From: Eledone cirrhosa
Lineage: Eukaryota
Direction of reading: 5' to 3'
Assembly: GCA_964016885.1 (NCBI GenBank)
Contig: OZ024741.1
Span: 101,494,001 to 101,558,000, forward strand
DNA length: 64,000 nt
Shown: positions 1 to 12,471 of the stretch, piece by piece
How the letters are laid out: each line of letters starts with the position of its first letter
Position numbering within the stretch: the stretch's first letter is position 1
Program-made: the position numbers and the translations under genes
Notes under the pieces: model-generated
Told to the model about the DNA's origin: nothing
What the model saw: only the letters and a program-made list of their open reading frames with translations
Database searches by the model: none

Positions 1-1882
1 ATGCTCCTATTCACCCCCATGTGGTGCATGTCATGCAACCCCTTCAGGTCTAACTCGGTCAGCCGACACACGGCAGCTATCTCATCCTCTACCTCCTCCG
101 GCGCTTCCATCCAGGCTTTCTTCACTCTAGTTAAGATGTCCGTCCTATTTTTCTCTGAGGGCATGAACACTACGCTCAGCTTCAGGTCGAACTCGGTGGC
201 CAGCTCTCCTAACGTTCCCAGGCGGCGCTTTATCAGCATCTCCGCTGCGCCTCTCGTTCGCACTCTATTCTCACTGGTGAGCACTGATCTTACCCATCCG
301 AGTACAGTAGCCGAGTCGGTGCGTATCTCGATGGTGCGCAGCCCCCACCGCAGGGCGAGGTTCACCCCTCTCAACACCGCGTCCAGCTCGGCCACATTGA
401 TGTGGATGCAGTCGTCCTTCTTTCTAAGCCAGGCTGCATCCTCGACCTCAACACCCCCTATCTCCAACGTGACACCCAGCGCTATGCTGCTGGCATCGCA
501 CCATACGGTCCCGCTCCGTGATTTGGGAACGTACCAGCGTCCCCGCACTGGATCGTCGGCCTTCACCCTCCCCACGATCTCCTGCATCATGGCCACCGTT
601 CTCTCTCCCACTCTGTCACTCCAAGTCACCCCTCCCGCTCGTCTCTTGACATAGCTGCATGCCGTCCGGAGCCACTCAACGATCGGGTAGTGACCCACCA
701 GCTTTCCACACACCGAGAAAAGCTCCCGCCTATTCATACTTGGGCCCAGTTCCGGAACTTCGTTTCCCCTCTGGAACACCAAAACGCCCGTCTTATCTCG
801 CCGTAGCCTAAGTCCCAGCGCGGCTCCTCCCTCCAATGCTTCTGATGGCTTCGCAGTCAGTCCATACCTCCGCAAATGGCTCGTGACCTCCGCCGCGACA
901 CCACTGACTCGTCCACTAGGATGTCGTCAATATAGGAGTTAGTAGCCCTCTTTATCTTGTCGGCCCTCCCCAGAGCGGTCTTGAGGACCGCCGCCATGAT
1001 CTTCGGTGGGGAGGTCAGCCCGAAACCGAGCCTGGTCAGGCAATATGTCCGGCCCTTATACCTGACCAGCTGATACCGCCAGAGCTTCTCATCTATATGC
1101 AACTTCAAGTAAGCCGACTTTAGATCCACGATCGCTGAACCCCCCCTCATGCGTCTCCACTCACGCAGGGTTTCCCCACAGACATCCGTGACCTCGCCAC
1201 CCGTGTGGCATGACACGTGCTCGTTCAGCTCTCGATAGTCCAGCACCAGCCTCACCTTGCTCTTCGTGGGTTGCACCACCGCCATCAACAGCAATACTCC
1301 GCACTTCACCTCCTCCTTCCAGGGAAGCAGTATGCCCTCTTCGATCCATCTCTCTACTTCTCGCTCCTAGCGTTTCCCTTCAATGTGTGTTGATAGCAGC
1401 CCACTTTGGTCTTCAGCGTTGGTGGTTCTCCCTTCCAGTACCACTCAACAACCCATCGCTGCCCATCAAACACGGCCTTGAAGTCTTTGTCCTGTACAGT
1501 GTAAGCGGGGTATTCCTCCTCGTGGGCCTTCTGGTTCTCATGACGTGCACTCACAGCGCATACCGATGCAGCGGCGCCAAACGACACACCGACATTGTTC
1601 ACCGTGACGCCCCCCTAGACGGCCAATCGCGTCCATGCCCATAACCACGCCGATCCCATCCACCACACTGTCTACCACGATGGCGGAAAGCCTTATCGTC
1701 CTTCCCCGTACCGCTATTTCCATCTCGCTGCGACCTCGGCATTCAATTTTCCTGCCGTCGACTGCCCTTATGCTGCTCTTCCCTCCACACCTCTGCGCCA
1801 CCCCCGCGGTCACCAGTGTCGTCGTACAGCCCGTATCCACGAGGGCTCGCTGTGGCTTCCCCCTCACGAAGACTTCCACCAC
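1..1882 (-). pseudogene. pol: Pol of LTR retrotransposon (protease, RT, RNase H, start of integrase), frameshifted
   Basis: DTG protease motif, YIDD RT motif, CDAS/E/D RNase H residues in successive frames. Confidence 0.88.
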
Positions 1883-2016
1883 GGGCAGCGCCGCTACTCG
1901 TAAGAGGCAACTACCGGCGCAGTAGTTCCCCTTGGATCGTTTCCCTGGTCGCAGTTAGTAGCGATGTGGCCTGGTCGCTTACACCGGTAGCAAATTATCT
2001 CCGGCTTCGACTCTCT

Positions 2017-2637
2017 TCAGTCTCTAGCCATATGCGGGCCCTGGCACCTAAAACAGCGCCCCCTAAATTCGCGCGGACGGCCGCGTGCCGAGGATGCCTC
2101 CCTTTCACCATTTCGCTGCCGGGTGTCCTGAGCCTCCGTAGTCGCTATCGCCGCAACACTCTTTTTGGCATCTTCCGCTATGATCCGGGCTTGTTCCACC
2201 AGTGAACGCATTTCCATCTCCTTGTACCTCGGGACTTGCTGCAGTTTCACCGCTATGTCGTCCGGAAATCCATTGATGAACGCCAACCGCACCGTGCGTT
2301 CGCATTCCGCCTGGTAACCGGCCAACATAGCCAACCGCCTTATTTCTGCTGCGAAAATGTCGACGCGCTCACCATTCCACCTGATTCTCGCCAGCTTAGC
2401 AAAAGCCGCCAACGGTCCCTCGGCGAATGCATCCATCAGACGCCTCTCAATCTTCTGCACATCTCTTTGGCTGTGCTCGTCCAACTCAAGGAAGAGTACC
2501 AGCGCGTCGCCCTCGAGGTACAATGCCATGAGGCCGGCCACGTCTTCTATCTTCTGCAAGCCCGCGACCAGCCGAACCTTCTGCAGCCAAGCGACATCAT
2601 CACCTTCCCCAGTGAATGCCCTGATAGCTTCGTTCAT
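2017..2637 (-). pseudogene. gag: Gag of LTR retrotransposon (CCHC knuckle, last Cys replaced by TGA)
   Basis: ORF track 2017..2637; C-x2-C-x3-H-x4-(C) motif at the C-terminus. Confidence 0.85.
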
Positions 2638-2701
2638 CCGTAGTCATGTCGCCATCTTCTGATTTGTTTTGCGGCAAGTGTTTTCTTTTTTTTTTTCAGT
2701 C

Positions 2702-2713
2702 GCCGAAATAGCT
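2702..2713 (-). promoter_or_regulatory. Atypical primer-binding site complementary to nt 1-12 of tRNA-Phe(GAA)
   Basis: Element strand AGCTATTTCGGC directly follows the LTR CA; its complement GCCGAAATAGCT is the conserved 5' end of metazoan cytosolic tRNA-Phe. Confidence 0.7.
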
Positions 2714-2937
2714 TGTGGTTAGAAAGAGCTATCTCACTTACCGCTTTTCACAGGCGCCGCTAAATTCCACTGCAGGTACTCCTCTTCCACGTGCATCCGA
2801 CTGCTTAACACCGGGAGCTACCCAAAACTCACGTCCACACCGTGTGCTGGCCACCACTAGAGAGAGGCCCTCTGCTGGCCCTTCCGGTCGAGCACTCCCC
2901 CCCACCTCCGGCCACCGCACGCCACACCATACCCACA
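2714..2937 (-). repeat. 5' LTR (224 bp), termini TGTGG...CCACA
   Basis: 5-bp inverted termini at 2714-2718 and 2933-2937; sharp composition change to AT-rich host DNA at 2938. The partner LTR is outside the window. Confidence 0.75.
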
Positions 2938-2976
2938 ATATTTACATTGCTTCTTTTTTTAATCATATTTTTAAAG

Positions 2977-3060
2977 GATCTCCAATAAGTCTAACTGAAC
3001 CAGTTAAAAGCAGTTCATCCACAAACAGTAATATTTCTGAGCGTGTTGCCTTAAGAGAAG
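2977..3060 (+). CDS. Host gene A, internal exon (GSPISLTEPVKSSSSTNSNISERVALRE)
   Basis: Polypyrimidine tract + AAAG acceptor, GAAG|GTAAGA donor, 84 nt phase 1/1, joins in frame to the exon at 16276. Confidence 0.6.
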
Positions 3061-3380
3061 GTAAGATAAAATATTTCAATCCTTTTGATTTTCTGCAGAT
3101 CTCTATCTAATACTTTATCAGGCAATCACTCATGTTTTTGAGCAAAATACTTCATTTCATATTACTTTACATGATAGAATTCGGGCCACTATCATTATAA
3201 CACTCAAGAAACTTTCTATGGGATGCAACTCATGGAAGGCCTACTAAACCTACATAGGTGTGATCTGTAATTATTACTAGTAGGATTAGGAGAGTCTTAA
3301 GTATTTTTGTTGATGATTTCTGTTAATTTCTTAACAGTGACATACACACATATACTCACACACACACACACATATATATA

Positions 3381-3660
3381 TGGAAGCATGTGGCCTAGTG
3401 ATAAGGGTGTTATGACCATAATATTTGGGTTCAATTCCAGGACTGGGTTGTGTGCTGTGTTATTGAGCAAAACACTTCATTTCATGTTGCTTCAGTATAC
3501 TCAACTGAAAACGAGTACCAGCAATAGCTGAGAATTTAACCCTGCAATGGTCTGGCGCCCTGTCCAGGGGGAGTATTGTACTCTGTCGGTTAACGCCATG
3601 GAAACTGGGTTAAGCACCGGCCTGATGAGCCTCCAGGCTTGAGACAGACTTTAGACTTTA
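3381..3660 (+). mobile_element. tRNA-derived SINE with conserved central domain (Meta/CORE-like) and (AGACTTT)n tail
   Basis: A-box-like TGGCCTAGTG, B-box GGTTCAATTCC, TGTGTTATTGAGCAAAACAC core; second copy at about 42139-42380. Confidence 0.65.
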
Positions 3661-4000
3661 GATATATATTTAGGACAGCCTGCTGAAGAAATACATCAGT
3701 CCTAATTTTGCTGATTATTGATTTCTAATAATTGTAATTAGCAAGTTTTTCATGGGTTTGAATTGTATGTACATCCAGATGATTTGATGACTTTCACGTT
3801 TCTTTGTTACACTGTTAATCTACTTGGATTTCTTTGATTTTTCTGCCTTGTTATGTTCTATTCAGGTATTGTTGCTCCATGCCATTACTGTTTATGAGTT
3901 TTCTCTGATATGTTTTTTTTTGGACAACAAGGTCAAAATAATTGCGGAGGCTTCTAAGCATCTAGCATTATATTGATCTAAATTCCTAATATATATATAT

Positions 4001-4453
4001 GGACCGAGATCTTTGGCACCACACAGTAATACAGAAGACCCACCTTGCCTATGTACAAAGCGAAACCTACAGTCAGTAGGCACCTCTTAACCAAATATAT
4101 ACTCCACACCACTACCCCTACTCCATCCTCCCACTCCCACCAACACCACCCTTTCTCTGTAAAGTTATGTTGGTACCACAACATCCAGTCCAAACTAATG
4201 AAATAATGAAATCGAGATTGTGTAGGTGTCACGACAAAAAACGCACAGTCCACGCTGTAATGTGGCCGTGTAGGTAACACGGTAAAAAGTTCCCAGTCCA
4301 CACTGTAAATGTGTTTGGTGTTAGAAAGGACATCCAGCCGTAGAAAACCTGTCAGATAGTACTCTACGAGCGAGACACGGTTACCCGACCAATCTTGCCT
4401 CAAGTGGGACAACTCCCTTCTAATGTTAAACGATGATGATGATGATGATGATG
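4001..4453 (+). mobile_element. RTE LINE 3' end with (GAT)n tail
   Basis: Matches the reverse complement of the 3' UTR of the long RTE at 42848-43280. Confidence 0.8.
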
Positions 4454-4456
4454 GTG

Positions 4457-4490
<34 letters not shown>

Positions 4491-4495
<5 letters not shown>

Positions 4496-4869
4496 GATAT
4501 TAACAAATGGAAACTATATTTATAAAACCATATCTATTTTATTATACATATTTTAAGGATACCATGTTAAATTATGGTATGCTTTCATCAGACAAAAATA
4601 TCCTGATGTCTTCCAAAAGTAACGGTTGCATTTTGAAAGGGTATGTTAAAATTTATTTATAAAACTGGTATATATTGTATTTTGTCTGATGAAAGCATAC
4701 CATAATTTAACATGGTATCCTTGAAATATGTATAATAAAATAGATATGGTTTTATAAATATAGTTTCCATTTGTTAATATCGTATATTTACTCCAATTAC
4801 TTGTCGAGTGCTTTATATCAGTTATAAAAGTGTTTGCTTGTTGTATCCCAACAATTTAAATAGAACTTT

Positions 4870-4873
<4 letters not shown>
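4491..4873 (+). mobile_element. Miniature non-coding Penelope-like element (inverted pLTR end + direct pLTR end + tail) in (TA)n
   Basis: Inverted repeat 4491-4597 vs 4680-4786; homologous to 57000-57200 and 61370-61482; flanked by (TA)n. Confidence 0.8.
4678..4742 (+). ncRNA. Type I hammerhead ribozyme (PLE-type)
   Basis: TATTTTGT-CTGATGA-AAGCATACCAT..ATGGTATCCTT-GAAA-TATGTA-TA-ATAAAATA; stems I and II pair, stem III is near-palindromic. Confidence 0.75.
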
Positions 4874-4922
<49 letters not shown>

Positions 4923-6089
4923 ATAATCATCATAATCATCATCATGCTTTAATACTTGTTTTTTCCTACTAGCAAGATTTGAACAGGTCATTACAGACCA
5001 CGTCAGTTCTTAATTGATGCCATTGACATGCTGGAAACTGCACTCACATACATTTCTACACATTACAGATTGTACTGGGTGCATTTTATTGTGGCACTAT
5101 TATTAAAGAGGTTGTGCCCTTGACACAACTGAAGAGTACTCTCAACCCTTTATTAAGGACATTTTCTGTAGCTGGATACCTTTCCTAATGCCTACCACTT
5201 TACAGGTTGTATTGCATGCAGTTTTTGTGGTACCAGTTCTAGAGAGGTAGTGATATCATTGATGAGACTGAAGAGTCCTCTAAACCCTTTTGGCATGCTT
5301 TCTACATCAAGATGCCCTTTCAAATACCAACCACTTTGCAAAGTGTACTGGGTGCATTTTACCATAGCACCAGTATTTGGATGGTTGTCGCCCATTGACT
5401 CAAAAGAAGAGCTCTCTGTACCTTATAGGTTGGGGGATGATGATGACTTGTGAGATATATTTAGGAGGTAGTGAGTGGGGTTAGTGATAATTATATATAT
5501 GTGGATGTTAAATGACAATAATATATATTTGGGGCTACCCACACAATGACTTGTTTAAAGTGGTAATGGCTTGTATGGGGCCATTCAAACTTTTTAGAAC
5601 TGCTGTTAGCAACAGTTGATGCAAATATACCACAAGATTGATGAACAGCAGACCTCAGACTTTCTATTTAGAGCTTCCATCTTCTGGATAGGTTGCCAGC
5701 CAAGGCTAATAAGCCACTATCTATGTATAAGGTAAGCTATTGTATACTTAGACACCAACCTGGTATTTTAACTCAGAGCATATATGTATGCACACACGTA
5801 CAATATTATTTCCAGTTTTACTTATATATATACACATACATGCACACAGTCAGACACACACTATTGGATGGTCATTGACTCTTATCAGTTTCCTGCCTTT
5901 TGATAGGTTTGGTTTTTCATCCTGCAGGATATCCAAAAAATCCTCCACCTCACGAAGAAAACTTTGTGAAGTTGCTGGTTTAGTCTCCGACGATCCAATT
6001 GCTGGAAAGAAGACTTTGAAACAGTTTGGAATTTTCCATCTGGTGTGGATCATAATGTTATTTCAATTTCTTTAATGCTGAAAATCCCT

Positions 6090-7200
6090 GACTGAACTTG
6101 GGAATAAGGCGTATAGTGAGGAATTTAGTGTGCAAGTAATGGGGTACATCAGAGCTCTGTTCTTAGCCCTCTCCCGTTTATTATTGCTAGACCATAGTAG
6201 AAGAGTTTAAAACTAGCTTCCCATAGGAACTTCTATATGTCGATGATCTTGTCATTATAGCTGAATCTGTGGCAGAATTAGCGAAGAAATTCCAGATCTG
6301 AAAGCAAAATTTCGAATCAAGGTCTTAAAAGTCAACTTGGCAAAGATTGAAGTCCTAGTAAGTAGAATTGAAAACAAGGCCCTGCTCAGTATGCAACAAA
6401 GTATTAGGTAGAAATTAAATTTTATATACCAAATTTAAACCATAGGTACATAAGAGATATAGTGGGATCTCAGGCAGGTTTGCAAAGAATATAGGTTTTA
6501 TGTGTAACATGCATAGGAGCAATAAACAGCAAGAGTTCACATGAAACAAGCTCTATCAAATGCTCAGAAGGCTCCCTAGAAGTAATTGAGAGCTTGTTAC
6601 CTGGGTGAGCCAAATTAGCAGTGGAGGTGGGTGTTCTGAAAGTACAGTTGCTAGAATGAGAACAGGGTGGAAAAAATTGAGAGTGCTACAAAAGGTTTTC
6701 CCTCAAAATGAAAAGCAAATTGTGTGCAAACAGCAATGTAATATGGACTTGAGCATTGTGTGAAGATTGGAAAGAAATGAAGCATGTATGTTCTAATGGC
6801 TACGTAATAGTAGTGTACATGAATGACAAAGCATTAATGAACTGAGAGAGAAATGGTGCATAAGAGAGATCTGGTCCAGATGCAGAGTGCAAGAGAGGAG
6901 ATTGCAGTGGTATGATTATGTGATGTGCAAGGACGATGACAGCTGCATAAAAAAGTTCAGGGCGCTTGAAGTTGTTGAAAACTATGGAAGAGGAAGATCT
7001 AGAAAAGTTTTAGAATAATGTGGTGAAAATTGACCACATGCAATTAAACCTCTCAAAGGAGATCTCGCAGAATCAAGGTCTCTGCCATTATGCAGTACTA
7101 TAGAAGACCTGCCTTCCCATTCATACAAGATAAAACAAACATGGAGAGGACAGTCTGCACCAGTCTTCCTCTACAGCTTCCCCAATCTAATACTCACCCC
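6090..7200 (+). mobile_element. Degenerate RTE LINE fragment (RT C-terminal half)
   Basis: Similar to 14430-15500 (GVHQGSVLSPLLF, YADDL regions) with many indels. Confidence 0.75.
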
Positions 7201-7211
7201 CAATCACCCGT

Positions 7212-7400
7212 CATGGATTGGCAGTATCGGTAGAGGTCGGACGCCATGCTTTGCAGCAAAGAGTTATGGCCCTTGCCATACTGAGTTCAAATCCTACCGA
7301 GGTTAACTTTGCCTTTCATCCTTACGGGGGTCGATAAAATAAAGTACCAGTAATGCACTGGGTAATTGCTGGCCTTGTGCCAAAAAGTAGAAACAATTAT
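7212..7400 (+). mobile_element. tRNA-derived SINE (octopus-type family)
   Basis: GAGTTCAAATCC B-box, GCCTTTCATCCTTACGGGGTCGATAAAATAAAGTACCAG core. Related copies at about 9537-9700, 25705-25810(-), 26058-26240, 30240-30370(-), 48952-49545 (three), 58047-58140(-), 62075-62255(-), 62640-62790(-), 62990-63450(-). Confidence 0.75.
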
Positions 7401-7609
7401 ATATGTAACCCCCCCCCGACCTCCTGCACACACTTCCTTCATCCCCAGCCACCCTTGCGCATCCAACAACTCCATCAAACAAAAAGACAAGCCCATTCCC
7501 TCATCCAACTCTTTCCAGTCTGGATAGGTAGTTACTCTTTCATTCCCCTCTTAGCCAAAATCAACCCATAGCAAACATTTTATGGAGTAAGTGGGTGAAG
7601 AAGAGATTT

Positions 7610-7663
<54 letters not shown>

Positions 7664-7838
7664 ATAGCTTTTATTTTTTTTTTGACTAAAGGAATTTTAG
7701 CCTGATAATGGGGTTTAGTGAAAAATACGGTGAAAGCTATTCTATTTTCTAATTTCAAACCTGCTCACTGTTTCAAAACATACTTACTTGATATATATAT
7801 AGTAAGAATATTTTTCGAAACAGCGAGCGGGTTTGAAA

Positions 7839-8926
<1,088 letters not shown>

Positions 8927-9310
8927 CATCATCATCATCATCATCAGCGTTTAACGTCCGTGTTCCACGCTTGCATGGGTTTGGACGGGGGTAGTCCCAC
9001 TTGAGGCAAGAGTGATTGTCTTGCTCGCATAGGACTGTCTGGCAGGTTTTCTACAGTTGGATGCCCTTCCTAACACCAACCACATTTACAGTGTGGGTCT
9101 GGGAGGTTTTTACCGTGTTGCCTACACGGCCACATTACAGCGTGGACTGTGTGTTTTTTTGTCGGGACACCTACACGATCTCATTTGTTTCGGCCTCGAT
9201 GGCGCGGCACCAACATAACTTTACATAGAACGGGGTGGTGTGGATCGGGTGGGGGTGGTGGGACGGGGTGTATTTGTTAGAGATGCCTACTGGCTGGAGT
9301 AGGTTTTACT
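8927..9310 (-). mobile_element. RTE LINE 3' end
   Basis: (CAT)n followed by RTE 3' UTR sequence matching 42848-43210. Confidence 0.78.
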
Positions 9311-9320
9311 ATATATTTAG

Positions 9321-9520
9321 NNNNNNNNNNNNNNNNNNNNNNNNNNNNNNNNNNNNNNNNNNNNNNNNNNNNNNNNNNNNNNNNNNNNNNNNNNNNNNNN
9401 NNNNNNNNNNNNNNNNNNNNNNNNNNNNNNNNNNNNNNNNNNNNNNNNNNNNNNNNNNNNNNNNNNNNNNNNNNNNNNNNNNNNNNNNNNNNNNNNNNNN
9501 NNNNNNNNNNNNNNNNNNNN
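9321..9520. other. Assembly gap (200 N)
   Basis: Run of n. Confidence 1.
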
Positions 9521-10301
9521 TATATATATATATATCATGGTGGTGAATTGGCAGAGTCATTAGAACATATCAGAAAGAATGCTTTGCGGTATTTGTTTCG
9601 GCTCCTTCCTTTCTGTGTTCAAATCCTGCCGAAGTCAACTTTGCTTTTCATTCATTCTAGGTTGATAAAAAAAAAGTACCAGTCAAGTACTGGGGTCAAT
9701 TCTTCCTCTATATCTCTTTCTCACTTCCATTCTCTCACTCTCTATCCTTCTTTGGAAGAAATCTGCTGGAGAGGAGATGGAGTCTGCCAGGTTTAAAAAT
9801 GTCTTAGAAACACTGTATTTCAGTACAACATCCCTACGACTTCCTCGAATGTTATGTGAAAAAAGAGAAAAATTATATATATGAATGAATGTGTATGTAA
9901 ATAGCTTTAAACAGAACAAATGAACAACAACAATAAAAATGAATCAGATCTTTTACTGGTTTCAGCTATATTCATATTGTCTGCAATCATACTGGGGCAA
10001 TCTATTTCAATGTTCTGACTGCAGTTTCACTGAGTGGTGTGTAACTATGGTTCATCTATAGCTCTGAGGCCAACAACTGTTGAAGCGACCCCTCAGACTA
10101 AGAAAATATTCCCTCAACTGATCGTTGCCAGTAACATTTTCGAAAGGGAAAAACATCATATGGTTTATGGTCATCCAGAAGGGTATTAAAAGGAGGACCA
10201 TTGGCCAGTCACAGAGTTGCAAGAAGCAGTCTATTTAAGCAGTCGGGACATTGGGTAACTCTCTATTTGCTCTTCCCTCTTATAACCATCTCTCTCTCTC
10301 T

Positions 10302-11375
10302 AAAAGATAGCCTGCCCCAAATCGATCCAATAGAGGGACCAGCTGTGCAAGTTAATGGTAGTATAATAAGCAAGGCAGCTGGGCCTTTGGAGATAGTTGC
10401 TGAGAAGTTGAAAGCATCTGGAATGGTGGGACATACTATGGTCACCCGGATTGTAAACCAAGTAATACAGAATGGGGTCATACCAAATGACTGGCGTAGC
10501 AGCAGCATTGTTAATTGCTACAAGGGCAAAGGAGACGTTCTAGATAGAGAAAACTATAGAGGCATTAAGTTCATGAAGGTCACAGAAAGAGTTATCGCAC
10601 AACTAATTAGAGACCGAATTGATCTAGATGAAATGCAGTTTGGGTTTGTGCCAGGTAAAAGAACAACAGATGCTCTCTTCCTTGTACAGCAACTACAGGA
10701 GAAGTACCTAGCTAAAAGTAAACCCTTCTACTTAACTTTTGTTGACTTGGAGAAAGCTTTTGACAGAGTCCCCTGCTTCATTATCTGGTGGGCTCTTAGA
10801 AAACTAAGTGTAGATCATTGGCTTGTGAGAGCTATACAAGCCATGTATAGAGGAACAGTCAACCAGGTTAGAATTAACAATGAATATAGTGACAAATTTA
10901 GCATAAAAGTAGGTGTTCATCAAGGTTCTGTCCTTAGCCCCCTCCTGTTTATTATTGCCCTACAGGCTATAACAGAAGAGTTTAAGATTGGCTGCCCATG
11001 GGAACTTCTAAATGCAGATGGTATAACTCTCATAGCTGAATCTATGGCTGAACTAGAGAAGAAATTCCAAACATGGTAGCATGGCCTAGAATCAAAAGGC
11101 CTTACAGTTAACTTGTCTAAGACTAAAAAGTTCTAGTATGTAGAAAGGAAAATAGGGCCCAGATTCCCTCTGGGAAATGGCCTTGCTCAGTGTGTAGGAA
11201 AGGAGTTGGTAAAAATTCCATTCTATGTCCCAAATGCAAGATGTAGATTTTATATGTGGCTGATGCTCAGGTGCAGTAAGTAGCAAGTGCCCACTGGATA
11301 CTAGCTCCTTCAACTGCCCAGATGGTTCTATAGAAATAGTAGACACCTTTCGTTACCTGGGTGATAAAATCAGCA
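10302..11375 (+). mobile_element. RTE LINE fragment (RT)
   Basis: ORF 10201-11079: QFGFVPG, FVDLEKAFDRVP, GVHQGSVLSPLLF. Confidence 0.9.
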
Positions 11376-11376
11376 T

Positions 11377-11660
11377 TCGGAAACATTTTTTTATTTTTTC
11401 ACATTCAGAGTTGTTGAAGCATGGAACAAACTACCTGCATCAGTTGTTAGCTGCCGAGACACTGCATCCTTTAAAACCTCCATGCTTCCTGAAATTCGCC
11501 AACACTATACCTGATATCCCCGCTCCATACACACACACGTGTATATCACGACTCATACACTGTTCATTTTCCTGACATTTGTACATTATTCTATGTACTA
11601 TACATGTACCTTTGATGAGTTGTAGTGCACCTGAGCACTACACAATAATTTCATTATTAT
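11377..11660 (+). mobile_element. CR1-like LINE 3' end
   Basis: RVVEAWNKLP-coding segment and 3' UTR matching the reverse complement of 51070-51270; another piece at about 17380-17540. Confidence 0.75.
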
Positions 11661-12019
11661 ATATACACACATATATATCAGTGGCGAAGGGTAACCTGGA
11701 AGGCAGAGCATGCAGTCCAATCGCCATGGCGGAAAGTGGGGCTGTGCAGCCTTAACCCCCCCATTCCCTCTAAATGACCCTCCCGGTCAAAGCTGCATGT
11801 AGTGTTATCTAGTGTGTGTGTGTTATCTTTTTATGTGTCTACAATTTAGTAAGCAGTCAAAATTCTGCTTGCCCCAAAGCTGTTGTGTGTTTGTGTGAAT
11901 GTGTGTGTGTGTGTGTATCTTTTTATGTGTCTATACGTTTTAGTAAGCAGCCAAAATTCTGCTTGCTTCAACCGACGCAATTGATCAACTCAAGATTCTA
12001 TAATGCATGCACAGACCCT

Positions 12020-12436
12020 TCGGCCCTGATATATATATATGTATACACATATACACATACACACACCTATATATATGGGCCTTCCAGTTTCATTTCACAT
12101 TATATACATGTCTGTGTATATTTTAATTATTTAAAAGTTATTTTTAAGTGAGTATGATTTAAAAAAAATATTTTGAAGTGAATGTGGCCCAATGGGTCAC
12201 GAGTGGTCTAGTATACTACTAAAACTCTTTGATTGCTTGCTTGCTTGTAATGTAATACAACCAAAAGGGCGCATAATGGGAATACAAATGGAATAAAACA
12301 AGTTTCACGTAAATTGAAGCATGGGTTTCTGAGATATGGGGTTTTTCTGGGTACCTTCATAAACAGAGAGAGAAAGAGATAGTAGTTGTGAGGGAGAGAA
12401 GGAGAATGGAAGAGAGAGAGAGCTGGTGGTGTTGTG

Positions 12437-12471
<35 letters not shown>

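Larger units (their letters stand above)
1..2937 (-). mobile_element. LTR retrotransposon (gag-PR-RT-RNase H-IN order), 5' part, disrupted by stops/frameshifts; runs off the left edge
   Basis: Minus strand: gag with CFRCQGPHMARD knuckle (2017-2637), aspartic protease ALVDTGC (1538-1882), RT with VDLKSAY and YIDD (857-1309). Manual translation of 1-650 gives RNase H WCDASS..HINVAELDAV..TDSATV and the start of the integrase Zn finger HDMHHMG. Visibly more GC-rich than the host. Confidence 0.93.

Noticed and set aside
1-654. 217-aa plus-strand ORF
   Set aside because: Antisense shadow of the LTR element RNase H frame.
2017-2019. TGA at the last Cys of the gag zinc knuckle as possible selenocysteine
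   Set aside because: The element has other disabling lesions and no SECIS was seen; a point mutation is simpler.
5850-6075. Short ORFs possibly representing host exons
   Set aside because: No convincing phase-compatible splice sites; looks like a decayed retroelement fragment.
7212-7300. tRNA gene
   Set aside because: A/B-box-like motifs belong to multi-copy SINE heads; no cloverleaf.
10040-10290. Possible solo LTR
   Set aside because: TG start and TATA-like motif seen, but no CA terminus or TSD could be established.
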